From positions 1 to 36,941 of the forward strand of contig JAAYAV010000296.1 in the NCBI GenBank assembly GCA_012719195.1: a DNA stretch of 36,941 nucleotides. The letters are read 5' to 3'. The DNA comes from Anaerolineae bacterium. Lineage in GTDB: Bacteria > Chloroflexota > Anaerolineae > DRVO01. The position numbers and the translations under genes were made by a program. The notes below the pieces were generated by a model, which saw nothing but the letters and a program-made list of their open reading frames with translations, was not told the origin of the DNA and searched no databases. This document shows positions 16,484 through 24,824 of the stretch, piece after piece (within the stretch, counting starts at the first letter, position 1; each line of letters begins with the position of its first letter).

Positions 16484-16603
16484 TGCGCCCGCTTAGGCCT
16501 CTGTCGGTCCAGTTCTTGCAGGGGTAACTGGGAGGCAGCGTGCGACGTTTGGCGTTGCGCGGTGCGTCGGGCGGCCAACCCGGTAACCGGACCCGTGGAG
16601 TCT

Positions 16604-17626
16604 ATGACCATGAGCGGTGGCTCAATGGATATGTCGGTGGTGATCTGCGCCTACACGGACGAGCGCTGGCAGGACCTCGTCACTGCTGTCGCATCCGTGC
16701 AGCGCCAAACGGTGCCGGCGCGGCAGATCATCCTGGTGGTCGATCACAACCCCGCCCTCCTCGATCACTGTCGCTCCGCGTTCCCGGGCGTCACCATCGT
16801 CGAGAACGGTGAGCAGCGCGGCATCTCCGGAGCCCGCAACACCGGCGTGGCCGAGGCGCGGGCCTCGGTGGTGGCCTTTCTGGACGATGATGCTGAGGCC
16901 GACGCCGACTGGCTCGAGCGCCTCGCCGAGGGCTACACCGACGCCAGCGTGATGGGCGTAGGCGGCAGCATCACCCCGCATTGGCATACGCGCGCGCCCG
17001 ACTGGTTCCCCACCGAGTTCTACTGGGCCCTGGGCTGCAGCCACAGCGCCATGCCGCAGGTGTCTTCCCCTACACGCAATATGATCGGTGCGAATATGTC
17101 CGTCCGCCGAGACGTGCTCGAGGCGCTGGGCGGTTTCCGGCACTGCTTCGGCAAGATCGGTACGCGCTACAGCGCCGACGAGACCGACCTCTGCATCCGC
17201 GGCCTGCAGCGCTGGCCGCAGCGGATATGGCTCTACGAGCCCAGTGCCCGCGTCACTCACAAGCAGCCGGCCAGCCGCGCCACCCGGCGCTTCTTCGTGA
17301 CGCGCTGCTACGACGAGGGCGTCAGCAAGGCCAAGCTATCCAGTGCCGTCGGCGCCGCCGATGGGCTGGCCAACGAGTACTGGTACACGTTCCATGTGCT
17401 GCCCCGTGCCTTCCTCCACGGACTGGGAGACACCTTCCTTCGTGGCCGACCGTATGGCGTGACGCGCGCCCTGGCCATCGCGTCCGGCTTTGCCGCCACC
17501 GCGGTTGGGTATGCGCTGAGCGCCGCCCGCGAGCGTCTGGCCGGCCGCACCGATTCCCGAGTCGTATCCGCCGCCGGAGGGTGTCGTGCTGCGCCTGAGC
17601 GTACCCCGGGCCGCAGCGAAGCATGA
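16604..17626 (+). CDS. Family 2 glycosyltransferase (GT-A fold)
   Basis: MSVVICAYTDERW..L..AV.SVQRQT, ISGARNTGV, FLDDDAEAD (DxD). A hydrophobic C-terminal helix ALAIASGFAATAVGYALSAA. The start is uncertain: GTG 16562, or ATG 16604, 16610 or 16625. Confidence 0.82.
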   Translation: MTMSGGSMDMSVVICAYTDERWQDLVTAVASVQRQTVPARQIILVVDHNPALLDHCRSAFPGVTIVENGEQRGISGARNTGVAEARASVVAFLDDDAEADADWLERLAEGYTDASVMGVGGSITPHWHTRAPDWFPTEFYWALGCSHSAMPQVSSPTRNMIGANMSVRRDVLEALGGFRHCFGKIGTRYSADETDLCIRGLQRWPQRIWLYEPSARVTHKQPASRATRRFFVTRCYDEGVSKAKLSSAVGAADGLANEYWYTFHVLPRAFLHGLGDTFLRGRPYGVTRALAIASGFAATAVGYALSAARERLAGRTDSRVVSAAGGCRAAPERTPGRSEA

Positions 17627-17678
17627 CCGAGTCCGGTGCCAGGCCGCCCGCGAGTCCCCGGTGAGCCGAAACGGCTCC

Positions 17679-18887
17679 ATGCGACTGGTCTTCCTGCTCA
17701 ATCAGAGCCTGGAGTACCCTTCCGGCCTGGGGCGCTACTGGCCACTATGCCGGGAACTGGCTCGTCTCGGACACCGCACGACGATGCTGTGCCTGCACCC
17801 CAGCTTTGCCTCCCTGGCGCCCCGCCGCTTCCATCGCGAAGGCGTCGACGTGCGCTACGTCGCCCAGATGCACGTGCGTCAGGAAGGTAGCGTGCGCTCC
17901 TACTACGCCTCGTGGGAACTACCCTTCGTCGTGGCGGGGGGGACCGTCGCCATGGCGCGGGCCCTGCGCAAGCTCGACGTCGACGCCCTGCACATCGCCA
18001 AGGCGCAGCCCGGGAACGGCTTGGCCGCCCTTGTTCGGCCCGACTTGTGGCGAAAGGGCTCGGTCTACCTGGACAGCGACGACTACGAGGCCGGCTCCAA
18101 CAACTTCCAGTCGGGCGCTCAGCAGCGCCTGGTGGCTCTGATCGAAGACGGCATCGCCCGGCGCGTCCGCGCGGTGACCACCAATACAACCTTCACGGCC
18201 GCCCGCCTCCAGGGCATCGGCGTCGCCCGGGAGCGGATCCTACTGGTGCCCAACGGCGTCGAGCGCGAGCGCGTGCGCGCAGTTCCCGCTGGCCTACCGG
18301 ACGAACTCCGTCGTCGCTACGGCCTCGAGGGCACACCGCTGTTAGCCTACGTCGGCAGCCTCAGCCTCGCCAACCATTGCGTTGACCTGATGTTGCGCGC
18401 CTTCGCCTCCGCCCACGAACAGCGGTCCGACCTGCGTCTGGCCCTTGTCGGCGGCGGTGAGGACATGGTCGCCATGCAAGCTCTGGCCCGTGAACTTGGG
18501 CTGGGGGAATCGGCCCGGTTCATCGGTCGGGTTGACCCGGTCGAGGCATTGGCCTGGACCGCTGCCGCCGACCTGTCTCTAGACCCGGCCATTGACGACC
18601 CGGCCCATCGCGCTCGCGCGCCCCTCAAGATTCCCGAGGCCATGGCCGTGGGCACGCCGGTGATCACGTCCGACGTGGGCGACCGGGCCGAGGTCATCGG
18701 CGGCGACGCGGCCGGCTTTCTCGTGCCGCCCGGCGACTCCGAGGCACTGGCCCAGGCCATGGTGGACGCGCTCTCCGACCAAGAGCGCCTGCGCGCCATG
18801 GGTCGGCGCGCTTCAGAGATGGCCGAGTCGCTCTATTGGGACCACCTCGTGCATCGCTTCCTGAGGGTATATGACCTGGCTTCCTAG
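17679..18887 (+). CDS. Family 4 (GT-B, GT1-type) glycosyltransferase
   Basis: MRLVFLLNQSL.YPSGLGRY N-terminal domain. C-terminal domain has YVGSL, LVGGGED and the E-x7-E-like PLKIPEAMAVGTPVITSDVG. The track start at 17586 overlaps the previous gene. Confidence 0.85.
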   Translation: MRLVFLLNQSLEYPSGLGRYWPLCRELARLGHRTTMLCLHPSFASLAPRRFHREGVDVRYVAQMHVRQEGSVRSYYASWELPFVVAGGTVAMARALRKLDVDALHIAKAQPGNGLAALVRPDLWRKGSVYLDSDDYEAGSNNFQSGAQQRLVALIEDGIARRVRAVTTNTTFTAARLQGIGVARERILLVPNGVERERVRAVPAGLPDELRRRYGLEGTPLLAYVGSLSLANHCVDLMLRAFASAHEQRSDLRLALVGGGEDMVAMQALARELGLGESARFIGRVDPVEALAWTAAADLSLDPAIDDPAHRARAPLKIPEAMAVGTPVITSDVGDRAEVIGGDAAGFLVPPGDSEALAQAMVDALSDQERLRAMGRRASEMAESLYWDHLVHRFLRVYDLAS

Positions 18888-18920
18888 CTCACTCGCCCGA
18901 ACCGCTCGCAGGACTACGCC

Positions 18921-19799
18921 GTGAGCACCGCCCTGGTAGTGCTCACCTGGAACCACCTCGATGACACCCTTGAGTGCCTAGGCTCGGCTGTCGCCATGGA
19001 TCCGCGGCCGGAACACATCGTGATCGCCGACAACGGCTCCAGCGACGGCACGCCTGAAGCAGTCGCGCGAGCCTACCCCGACGCAGTGATCGCGCGCAGC
19101 CCAACCAACCTTGGGATCGCCGGTGGCTACAACCTGGGCATGCGCGCCGCCGCCGACCTGGGCGCCGACCACATACTGGTCACCAACAACGATGTCGCAT
19201 TCGACCCGGGGTTCTACGGGGCTCTCCTGGGCGCCATCCAGAAGCACCCGGAGTGCGGCATGTTCATGCCCAAGATCCACCACTACTACGGCGATCGCAG
19301 CCGGCTGTGGTGTGTGGGCGGCTACTGGCGACGCTTCCCGCCCGACGTCAAGATGATGGCCCTCGATGCGCCCGACGCACCTCGCTACCATCGCTCCGGT
19401 CCGTTGGAGTTCGCCCCCTCCTGCACCCTCCTCATCGCCACCAAGGCTTTGGCGCAGGTGGGCGGATTCGACGACGGCTACTTCTTCTACTACGACGATT
19501 GGGACTTCTCCGCCCGGCTGCGCCAAGCAGGCCACGGCATCCGCTACGTGCACGACGCCATCGTGTACCACAAGGTGTCGGTGAGCACGGTGAAGGCGGA
19601 TCGGCCCGCGCGCTGGTGGGAGACCAACGGCCGCAGCAGCGTGCGCTTCTACCGCAAACACCACAACGCCGCCGGCCTCGCCATCATGACCGCCTGGTTC
19701 GCCGCCCGAGAGACAGCCAAGCGCAAGCCCGCCCGCGTCCCGCCCTACCTGCGCGGCGTGCTTGCCGCCTGGCGACGGCAACCGATGGAGCGGCCGTGA
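18921..19799 (+). CDS. Family 2 glycosyltransferase (COG1216 / rhamnosyltransferase-like type)
   Basis: ALVVLTWNHLDDTLECL, IADNGSSDGT, NLGIAGGYNLG, VTNNDV, YYDDWDFSARLRQAG. GTG start. Confidence 0.85.
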   Translation: MSTALVVLTWNHLDDTLECLGSAVAMDPRPEHIVIADNGSSDGTPEAVARAYPDAVIARSPTNLGIAGGYNLGMRAAADLGADHILVTNNDVAFDPGFYGALLGAIQKHPECGMFMPKIHHYYGDRSRLWCVGGYWRRFPPDVKMMALDAPDAPRYHRSGPLEFAPSCTLLIATKALAQVGGFDDGYFFYYDDWDFSARLRQAGHGIRYVHDAIVYHKVSVSTVKADRPARWWETNGRSSVRFYRKHHNAAGLAIMTAWFAARETAKRKPARVPPYLRGVLAAWRRQPMERP

Positions 19800-20722
19800 G
19801 CGTTTCGCCCGGCTTCGAGCAAGTGCCCTGCCCCATCTGCGGTAGCGAAGAGTCCCGCGTCGTCTTGCGTCGCGGCGATCTCATGCTCTCCAGCGAGGGC
19901 GAGTTCACCGTTACTGAGTGCCTCGCTTGCCGGCACCAGTTCCTGAACCCGCGCCCGACCCGAGAGGCCATCCACGAGCACTACGAGGACGAGTACGACC
20001 AGTTCATCGTGGCCGGCCAAGAGAACCGGCTGCGGCAGTTGGACCACGACTACGGCCAGCGCAAGCGACTGCGCCTGCTCAAGCGTCACATCGCCGGCGG
20101 GCGCCTGATAGACGTGGGCTGTGGCGGCTGCGCCTTCCTCCTCTCCGCCTCGCGCAGCGGCGACTGGGATGTCCTGGGAATCGAGCCCTCCGCCGCCACC
20201 GCCGAAGCCTGCCGCTCCCTCCTCGGCCTTTCCGTCATGACTAGCAGCTGGGAAGGGGCGGACGTCCCCGCGGAAAGCGCCGACGTGATCACCCTCTGGG
20301 AAGTACTGGAGCACCTGCACGATCCTCTGGCAACGATCCGAAAGTGCTACCGCGTACTGCGGCCGGGTGGGCTGTTGGTGATCTCAACGCCCAATCGCGG
20401 TAGCCTGGACGCGCGCCTATTCGGCCCCTATTGGGTGGGCTACGAACTGCCTCGGCATCTGCACATGTTCCGCCAAGAGCACCTGCAGGAGATACTGGCG
20501 GCCGAGGGTCTGAAGGTGGAGGAGGTCTGCCTTCCCGACGGCGCCTTCTTCGCCTTCAACACCTCGCTCCGCTTCTACCTGCGGGACCATGGCGCTCCCG
20601 GCTGGCTCCAGCGGGCCATCTTCTCGCTACCTCTGCGGGCCGTGTCGGCGCCCTTCTTCTGGGTGTCGGGCAAGCTGCTGCTCGGGTCCAGCCTCACCAC
20701 TGTGGCAAGGAAGCCGGCGTGA
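19796..20722 (+). CDS. Class I SAM-dependent methyltransferase with an N-terminal Zn-ribbon
   Basis: CPICG...CLAC ribbon, SAM motif LIDVGCGGCAFL, ITLWEVLEHL, GGLLVISTPN. The GTG at 19796 overlaps the upstream TGA (GTGA). The upstream part of track ORF 19253..20722 is an alternate frame of the GT2 gene. Confidence 0.85.
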   Translation: MSVSPGFEQVPCPICGSEESRVVLRRGDLMLSSEGEFTVTECLACRHQFLNPRPTREAIHEHYEDEYDQFIVAGQENRLRQLDHDYGQRKRLRLLKRHIAGGRLIDVGCGGCAFLLSASRSGDWDVLGIEPSAATAEACRSLLGLSVMTSSWEGADVPAESADVITLWEVLEHLHDPLATIRKCYRVLRPGGLLVISTPNRGSLDARLFGPYWVGYELPRHLHMFRQEHLQEILAAEGLKVEEVCLPDGAFFAFNTSLRFYLRDHGAPGWLQRAIFSLPLRAVSAPFFWVSGKLLLGSSLTTVARKPA

Positions 20723-21666
20723 GCCTCCTCGCTCGACTGACAGCGGACCGGCGCCTGCGCTACGCGATGATGGCGGCCATGCTGGCCGGGTCGCTGCTGT
20801 TCGCCTACCTGGCCTTCTCCGGCAGCGCCCGCGCCTTCCTCAATCTCTCTTCGCCGCCCCGCCTCGACTACCTCGGGCTGGCGTTGGGCCTAGTGGGCTT
20901 CAACCACATCCTGCAGGCGGTCATGTGGCACCTCTACGCCCGCGACCTCCACCAGGAACGCGACGCCGGCAAGGACATCCTGCGCTACAGCGTCACCGCT
21001 CTCACTCGCAGCCTGCCCGGCGCCTTCTACTGGTCGATAGCCAGCCGGGTGATGCTCTATCAGCAGGACGGGCGCACCGCCTTCGCTACCGTCGCCACCG
21101 GGGCCGAGCTTGCCCTGCAGAGCATCAGCGGGGCCGGGCTTGCACTGGTGCTGCTGGGCTGGCCCTGGGGCGTGGCTCCGGCAGCCGTCATACTGGCTCT
21201 GCCTCTGCTGCCGGGGACCGAGCGCGCGTGGCTGGGCCTGGCGGAGCACCGCTGGTTCAGCCAGCGCTGGCCGCAGCTGGGAGCCGGCTTCCGCGAGGTC
21301 TCGCGCCTGTCGCGCCGGACACTGGCAGTCGCCCTGGCCGCCTACCTGCTCATGTGGCTGTTGGGCGGGCTCTTCGCCGAGGCGCTCGTCCTCGCCATCG
21401 GCGCCCCACTGCCCGCGCGCCTGCCTCTATACGGCATCTGGGTGGTGACCTCACTGGTGGGGACCGCTGGGTCGGTGTTCCTGGGTGGTATCGGGGCCAT
21501 TCGCGAGTTCTCCCTTGCCGGTCTGCTCACACCCCTACTCACACTGCCGGTCGCCACCATTGTCTCGCTCCTCAGTCGGGCAATTCTCGTACTCGGATCC
21601 TGGATCTGGGGAGCGGCCACCGCATTCGTCTGCCAGTTGGCCACTCGACCAAGGAGTCATCGGTGA
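20719..21666 (+). CDS. Polytopic membrane protein, possibly UPF0104 / lysyl-PG-synthase-TM (flippase-like) family
   Basis: About 8 hydrophobic segments. GTGA overlap with the methyltransferase stop, and its own stop overlaps the next gene as GTGA. The family assignment is a weak guess from architecture and context. Confidence 0.6.
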   Translation: MSLLARLTADRRLRYAMMAAMLAGSLLFAYLAFSGSARAFLNLSSPPRLDYLGLALGLVGFNHILQAVMWHLYARDLHQERDAGKDILRYSVTALTRSLPGAFYWSIASRVMLYQQDGRTAFATVATGAELALQSISGAGLALVLLGWPWGVAPAAVILALPLLPGTERAWLGLAEHRWFSQRWPQLGAGFREVSRLSRRTLAVALAAYLLMWLLGGLFAEALVLAIGAPLPARLPLYGIWVVTSLVGTAGSVFLGGIGAIREFSLAGLLTPLLTLPVATIVSLLSRAILVLGSWIWGAATAFVCQLATRPRSHR

Positions 21667-22469
21667 ACGAACTCGTAGGGCTCATCCCGGCCGCGGGTGC
21701 CGGCACACGTGTCGCTCCGCTGCCCTCCAGTAAGGAGCTCTTCCCCATCGGCTTTCGCTACCGGGACGTCAACGGCGTCCGCCGACTCTCGCCCAAGGTG
21801 GTCAGCGAGTACCTGGTGGAGGCTCTGGCTACCGGCGGCGCCCGGCGCATCTTCATGATCGTGAACGCGGGCAAGAGCGACATCCTCCGCTTCTACGGCG
21901 ACGGCCACGCCCACGGCGTGAGCATGGCCTACCTAGTGCAGGAACAGGCTACCGGAATGCCGGCCGCCCTGGACCTGGCCCGGCCTTGGCTCGGCGGGGC
22001 CACCGTCCTCTTCGGTATGCCCGACACCATCCTCGAGCCGGAGGACTGCTTTCGTCACCTGCTCGAGACCCACCGCGAGCGGCAAGCCGACGTGACCCTG
22101 GGCTTGTTCCGTACCGAGGAGCCGTGGCGCTTCGGCATGGTCGAGGAGGACGGCAACGCCTGCCTCGTCCGCTGCGTAGACAAACCAAAGGAAAGCCGCC
22201 TGGAGTACATGTGGGGCATTGCCGCGTGGGGCCCTTCCTTCACCGAGTTCCTTGGGCGATTCTGCTCCGAGTCCAGCCTTCGTCCGTCACGCGAGCTTCT
22301 TCTCGGCGATGCATTCAACGCTGCGGCCGAACGGGGGCTGCGGGTGTTGTGTCACCGTTTCGCGGAGGGCTCATATCTGGACGTGGGCTCGCCCGACGAC
22401 CTTCTCGCCGCCTCGATGCGCTTCTGCCACCACCCTGAGGAGCCTAGTTCTGCCCCAACGGGGGAGTAG
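21663..22469 (+). CDS. Sugar-phosphate nucleotidyltransferase (NTP_transferase family)
   Basis: LIPAAGAGTRVAPLPSSKELFPIG (GxGTRxxP...K signature), GMPDTI, and later fold-consistent segments. GTG 21663. The upstream 358 aa of track ORF 20589..22469 are R/P/G-rich alternate-frame noise. Confidence 0.8.
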   Translation: MNELVGLIPAAGAGTRVAPLPSSKELFPIGFRYRDVNGVRRLSPKVVSEYLVEALATGGARRIFMIVNAGKSDILRFYGDGHAHGVSMAYLVQEQATGMPAALDLARPWLGGATVLFGMPDTILEPEDCFRHLLETHRERQADVTLGLFRTEEPWRFGMVEEDGNACLVRCVDKPKESRLEYMWGIAAWGPSFTEFLGRFCSESSLRPSRELLLGDAFNAAAERGLRVLCHRFAEGSYLDVGSPDDLLAASMRFCHHPEEPSSAPTGE

Positions 22470-22495
22470 TACCGCCCGGTACTACCAAAGTGGTA

Positions 22496-22524
22496 TTGAT
22501 CCAGCGGGCCTGCGCGTCTAGATT
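22496..22524 (+). promoter_or_regulatory. Sigma-70-like promoter of the repeat-protein gene
   Basis: TTGATC (22496-22501), 17-nt spacer, TAGATT (22519-22524). GGAGGA SD at 22574-22579, 5 nt before the ATG at 22585. An 8-bp hairpin (22466-22485) closes the upstream operon. Confidence 0.5.
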
Positions 22525-22584
22525 GTAGCGTGTGAAGCGGGCCCGACGGCCCAGCCTGATTCCCGAACGTACTGGAGGAACGAC

Positions 22585-23964
22585 ATGTCACACCGGCTCA
22601 GCAGAGTAATGGCCATCGCCCTGGTGATCGGCCTGCTCGCCGCTCTGGTTCCCATGGTGGCCCTGGCGCAGACCACCACCAAGGCCCCCGGCACCTGGGT
22701 GAGCAGCATCAACATCCAGAACCCGACGGACGCCGGCGGCGAAGCGGCTAACGTCAGCATCAACTTCTACACCGCGGATGGTACGCTTGCCTTGAACTTC
22801 CCTCTCAGCTCCGCCATCGCGGACGGCGGCTCGCGCTCTATCTTCGTCCCGAGCGAGGTACCAAACCTTGCGGACGGCCAGTACAGCGCCGTGATCCAGA
22901 GCAACGTCCCGCTGTTGGTCGTCGCGAACTCCAGCTCCACCGCCCCCAGCACAGCCGGTGCCTACAACGGCATCGACGCTGCTGAGGCGGGGACCCTGCT
23001 GTACTTCCCGGGCACCTACAACGACTACTACGGGTTCCGTTCCGAGTTGGTGCTGCAGAACACCGCCGCCACTACGGCTAACGTCACCATCCGCTTCTAC
23101 TCGAACACCGGCGCCAGCGCCGGTAGCACGAATGGGACCATCCCCGGCAACGGCTCGCGCGTGTACGCCCTGGAGGACCTGGCGCTGCCGACCGGCACCG
23201 CCGGCATCTTCTCGGTGCAGGTAGAGTCGAATACCCCCCTGGTGGGCGTCTGTAACATCTGGAGCCCGACCATGTACGGCGAGTACTCCGACTACAACGC
23301 CTACACGACCGGCACCACCATGGCCTACGCGCCTTCCCTGCTCAATGAGTACTACGGATACGTGAGCGCCCTGACGGTGCAGAACATCGACACCGCCGAC
23401 GCCACCATCAAGGTGACCTACTCCAATGGCACGGTCGAGACCAAGACCCTGGCGCCGCGCACTTCGGTGGAGTACTACCAGCCCAACAACCCCAACTTGC
23501 CCAAGGGCAACACCGCCGGCATCTTCTCCGCCAAGGTTGAGTCCACCAATGGCCGCAACATCGTGGTCCTGGTGAACCAAGAGGACAAGAGCAAGGGCCT
23601 GCTCGCCTCCTACAACGCTCCCATCCAGGCAGCGACTACCGTCAACGCGCCCGTCGTCCTGAAGACCTTCTACGGCTGGTTCTCCGCCGTCACGGTGCAG
23701 AACGTGGGCACCGGCCCGGCCAACATCACCGTCGCCTACTCCAGCGGCCAGAGCCGCTCGGCCTCGAATGTCCCGGCCAACGGCACCTACAACTTCATCC
23801 AGATGGCCAGCGACGGTGACCCGCTGCCCGACGGCAGCAGCGTCTCCGCTAAGATCTCGGCCAATCAGCCCCTGGTGGTCACCGTGAACGAGAACAGCGA
23901 CGACCGTTACGCTGAAGCCCCGGGCGACTACCTTCTCGCCTACACCGCAGTTCCCGCTCCCTAG
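22585..23964 (+). CDS. Secreted protein built from four ~100-aa internal repeats, family unknown. Candidate abundant surface or envelope (S-layer-like) protein.
   Basis: Signal peptide MSHRLSRVMAIALVIGLLAALVPMVALA|Q. Four modules (about aa 36-128, 137-240, 246-344, 352-452) share the core [YF]YG[FYW].S.h.hQN.....A.h.h.[FY][YS]..G ... G..S..h.S..Ph.V..N, and each ends in aYN/aYT. Own promoter, strong SD and terminator. Confidence 0.85.
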   Translation: MSHRLSRVMAIALVIGLLAALVPMVALAQTTTKAPGTWVSSINIQNPTDAGGEAANVSINFYTADGTLALNFPLSSAIADGGSRSIFVPSEVPNLADGQYSAVIQSNVPLLVVANSSSTAPSTAGAYNGIDAAEAGTLLYFPGTYNDYYGFRSELVLQNTAATTANVTIRFYSNTGASAGSTNGTIPGNGSRVYALEDLALPTGTAGIFSVQVESNTPLVGVCNIWSPTMYGEYSDYNAYTTGTTMAYAPSLLNEYYGYVSALTVQNIDTADATIKVTYSNGTVETKTLAPRTSVEYYQPNNPNLPKGNTAGIFSAKVESTNGRNIVVLVNQEDKSKGLLASYNAPIQAATTVNAPVVLKTFYGWFSAVTVQNVGTGPANITVAYSSGQSRSASNVPANGTYNFIQMASDGDPLPDGSSVSAKISANQPLVVTVNENSDDRYAEAPGDYLLAYTAVPAP

Positions 23965-23992
23965 GCCAACGAGCCTACGTAGCAGTTCCCTC

Positions 23993-24019
23993 AGGGCCAC
24001 CGGTGGATCCGGTGGCCCT
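23993..24019 (+). terminator. Intrinsic terminator-like hairpin after the repeat-protein gene
   Basis: Perfect 10-bp stem GGGCCACCGG/CCGGTGGCCC with loop TGGAT, flanked by an A...T pair, then TTCACCTT. Confidence 0.6.
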
Positions 24020-24073
24020 TCACCTTAGCGGCGGCTATACTGACGCCCATCCTCGCTCAAGGAGCTTGCCTCC

Positions 24074-24790
24074 ATGCGATCGAGAACTCTTGTTGCGCTG
24101 GCGGTGCTGGCCTTGTTGGTGGCCGCCTGCGGGCGCTCCCAGCCAGATCCAACCAGCACACCGGTGCCCACGGCCACCACTACTCCAACGGTTGCGCCGG
24201 CGGCGGCCACCCCCACTCTGGCTCCGCTACCGACGGGCACCCAGCCTGCCTTCGTGAGCCCAATATCACCTATCCCCTATGCCCATCGCGGCATCCCGCT
24301 GGACTCGGGCCGCAGCGCCTCCGCCCTTACCTGGTACAACCTGGCCGAGGAAGCGGCGCATGCCTGGTATCCCGAGGCACAGTTCCTGGGCATCGCTCCA
24401 TCCTTCATCATGGAGCGCAACCTGCCCTTCCTGCCCTCGCAGGCCGGTTGGTTCTACCGCTTCGGCCGCGCCGAGGACGCCCTCGAGTTCTACATTCAGG
24501 TCGCCAACGGGACCATCTCCGGATCAACCGAGGCGGAAGCTATCGGCGAGCGTGAGCAGCCGGTGCCGGTTGACCTGGCCGCCGTCGCGCTCGATTCTGA
24601 CGATGTGCGTGCCCTCTACCTGGCCACCCCCGAAGGTGAGGGCACGCCCGACTCCGAGCTCGACTACACCCTCGCCTACGACACCAACTTGGGCGGCCCC
24701 GTGTGGTGGGTATGGAACGTCGCCTTGTCGGACGAGGCACCGGTGCTGGCCGTGGACGCTGCCACTGGCGACACGGTGCCGATGGAATAG
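24074..24790 (+). CDS. Lipoprotein, possibly with tandem PepSY-like domains
   Basis: Lipobox LLVAAC (Cys19) followed by a T/P/A-rich linker. The C-terminus VWWVWNVAL...PVLAVDAATGDTV resembles the PepSY signature. AAGGAG upstream of the ATG. Confidence 0.7.
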   Translation: MRSRTLVALAVLALLVAACGRSQPDPTSTPVPTATTTPTVAPAAATPTLAPLPTGTQPAFVSPISPIPYAHRGIPLDSGRSASALTWYNLAEEAAHAWYPEAQFLGIAPSFIMERNLPFLPSQAGWFYRFGRAEDALEFYIQVANGTISGSTEAEAIGEREQPVPVDLAAVALDSDDVRALYLATPEGEGTPDSELDYTLAYDTNLGGPVWWVWNVALSDEAPVLAVDAATGDTVPME

Positions 24791-24824
24791 GTCCCAGACC
24801 CGGGGTCTCTGGTCAGATAAGAGG

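Noticed and set aside
15178-16527. 449-aa plus-strand ORF overlapping the GT-C-like membrane protein in another frame
   Set aside because: The translation is R/P/G/A-rich with no hydrophobic or enzymatic motifs. The competing frame encodes a coherent polytopic membrane protein.
19253-21662. Long N-terminal extensions of track ORFs 19253..20722, 20431..21666 and 20589..22469
   Set aside because: The extensions are alternate frames of the preceding genes and are R/P/G-rich. Recognisable protein sequence begins exactly at the in-frame GTG codons that overlap the upstream stops (19796, 20719, 21663).
22588-24000. 470-aa ORF antisense to the repeat-protein gene
   Set aside because: It is a mirror-frame ORF typical of high-GC DNA. 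Its translation is a G/R/V/A-rich low-complexity string with no motifs, whereas the plus-strand gene has a signal peptide, an SD, a promoter, a terminator and clear internal repeat structure.
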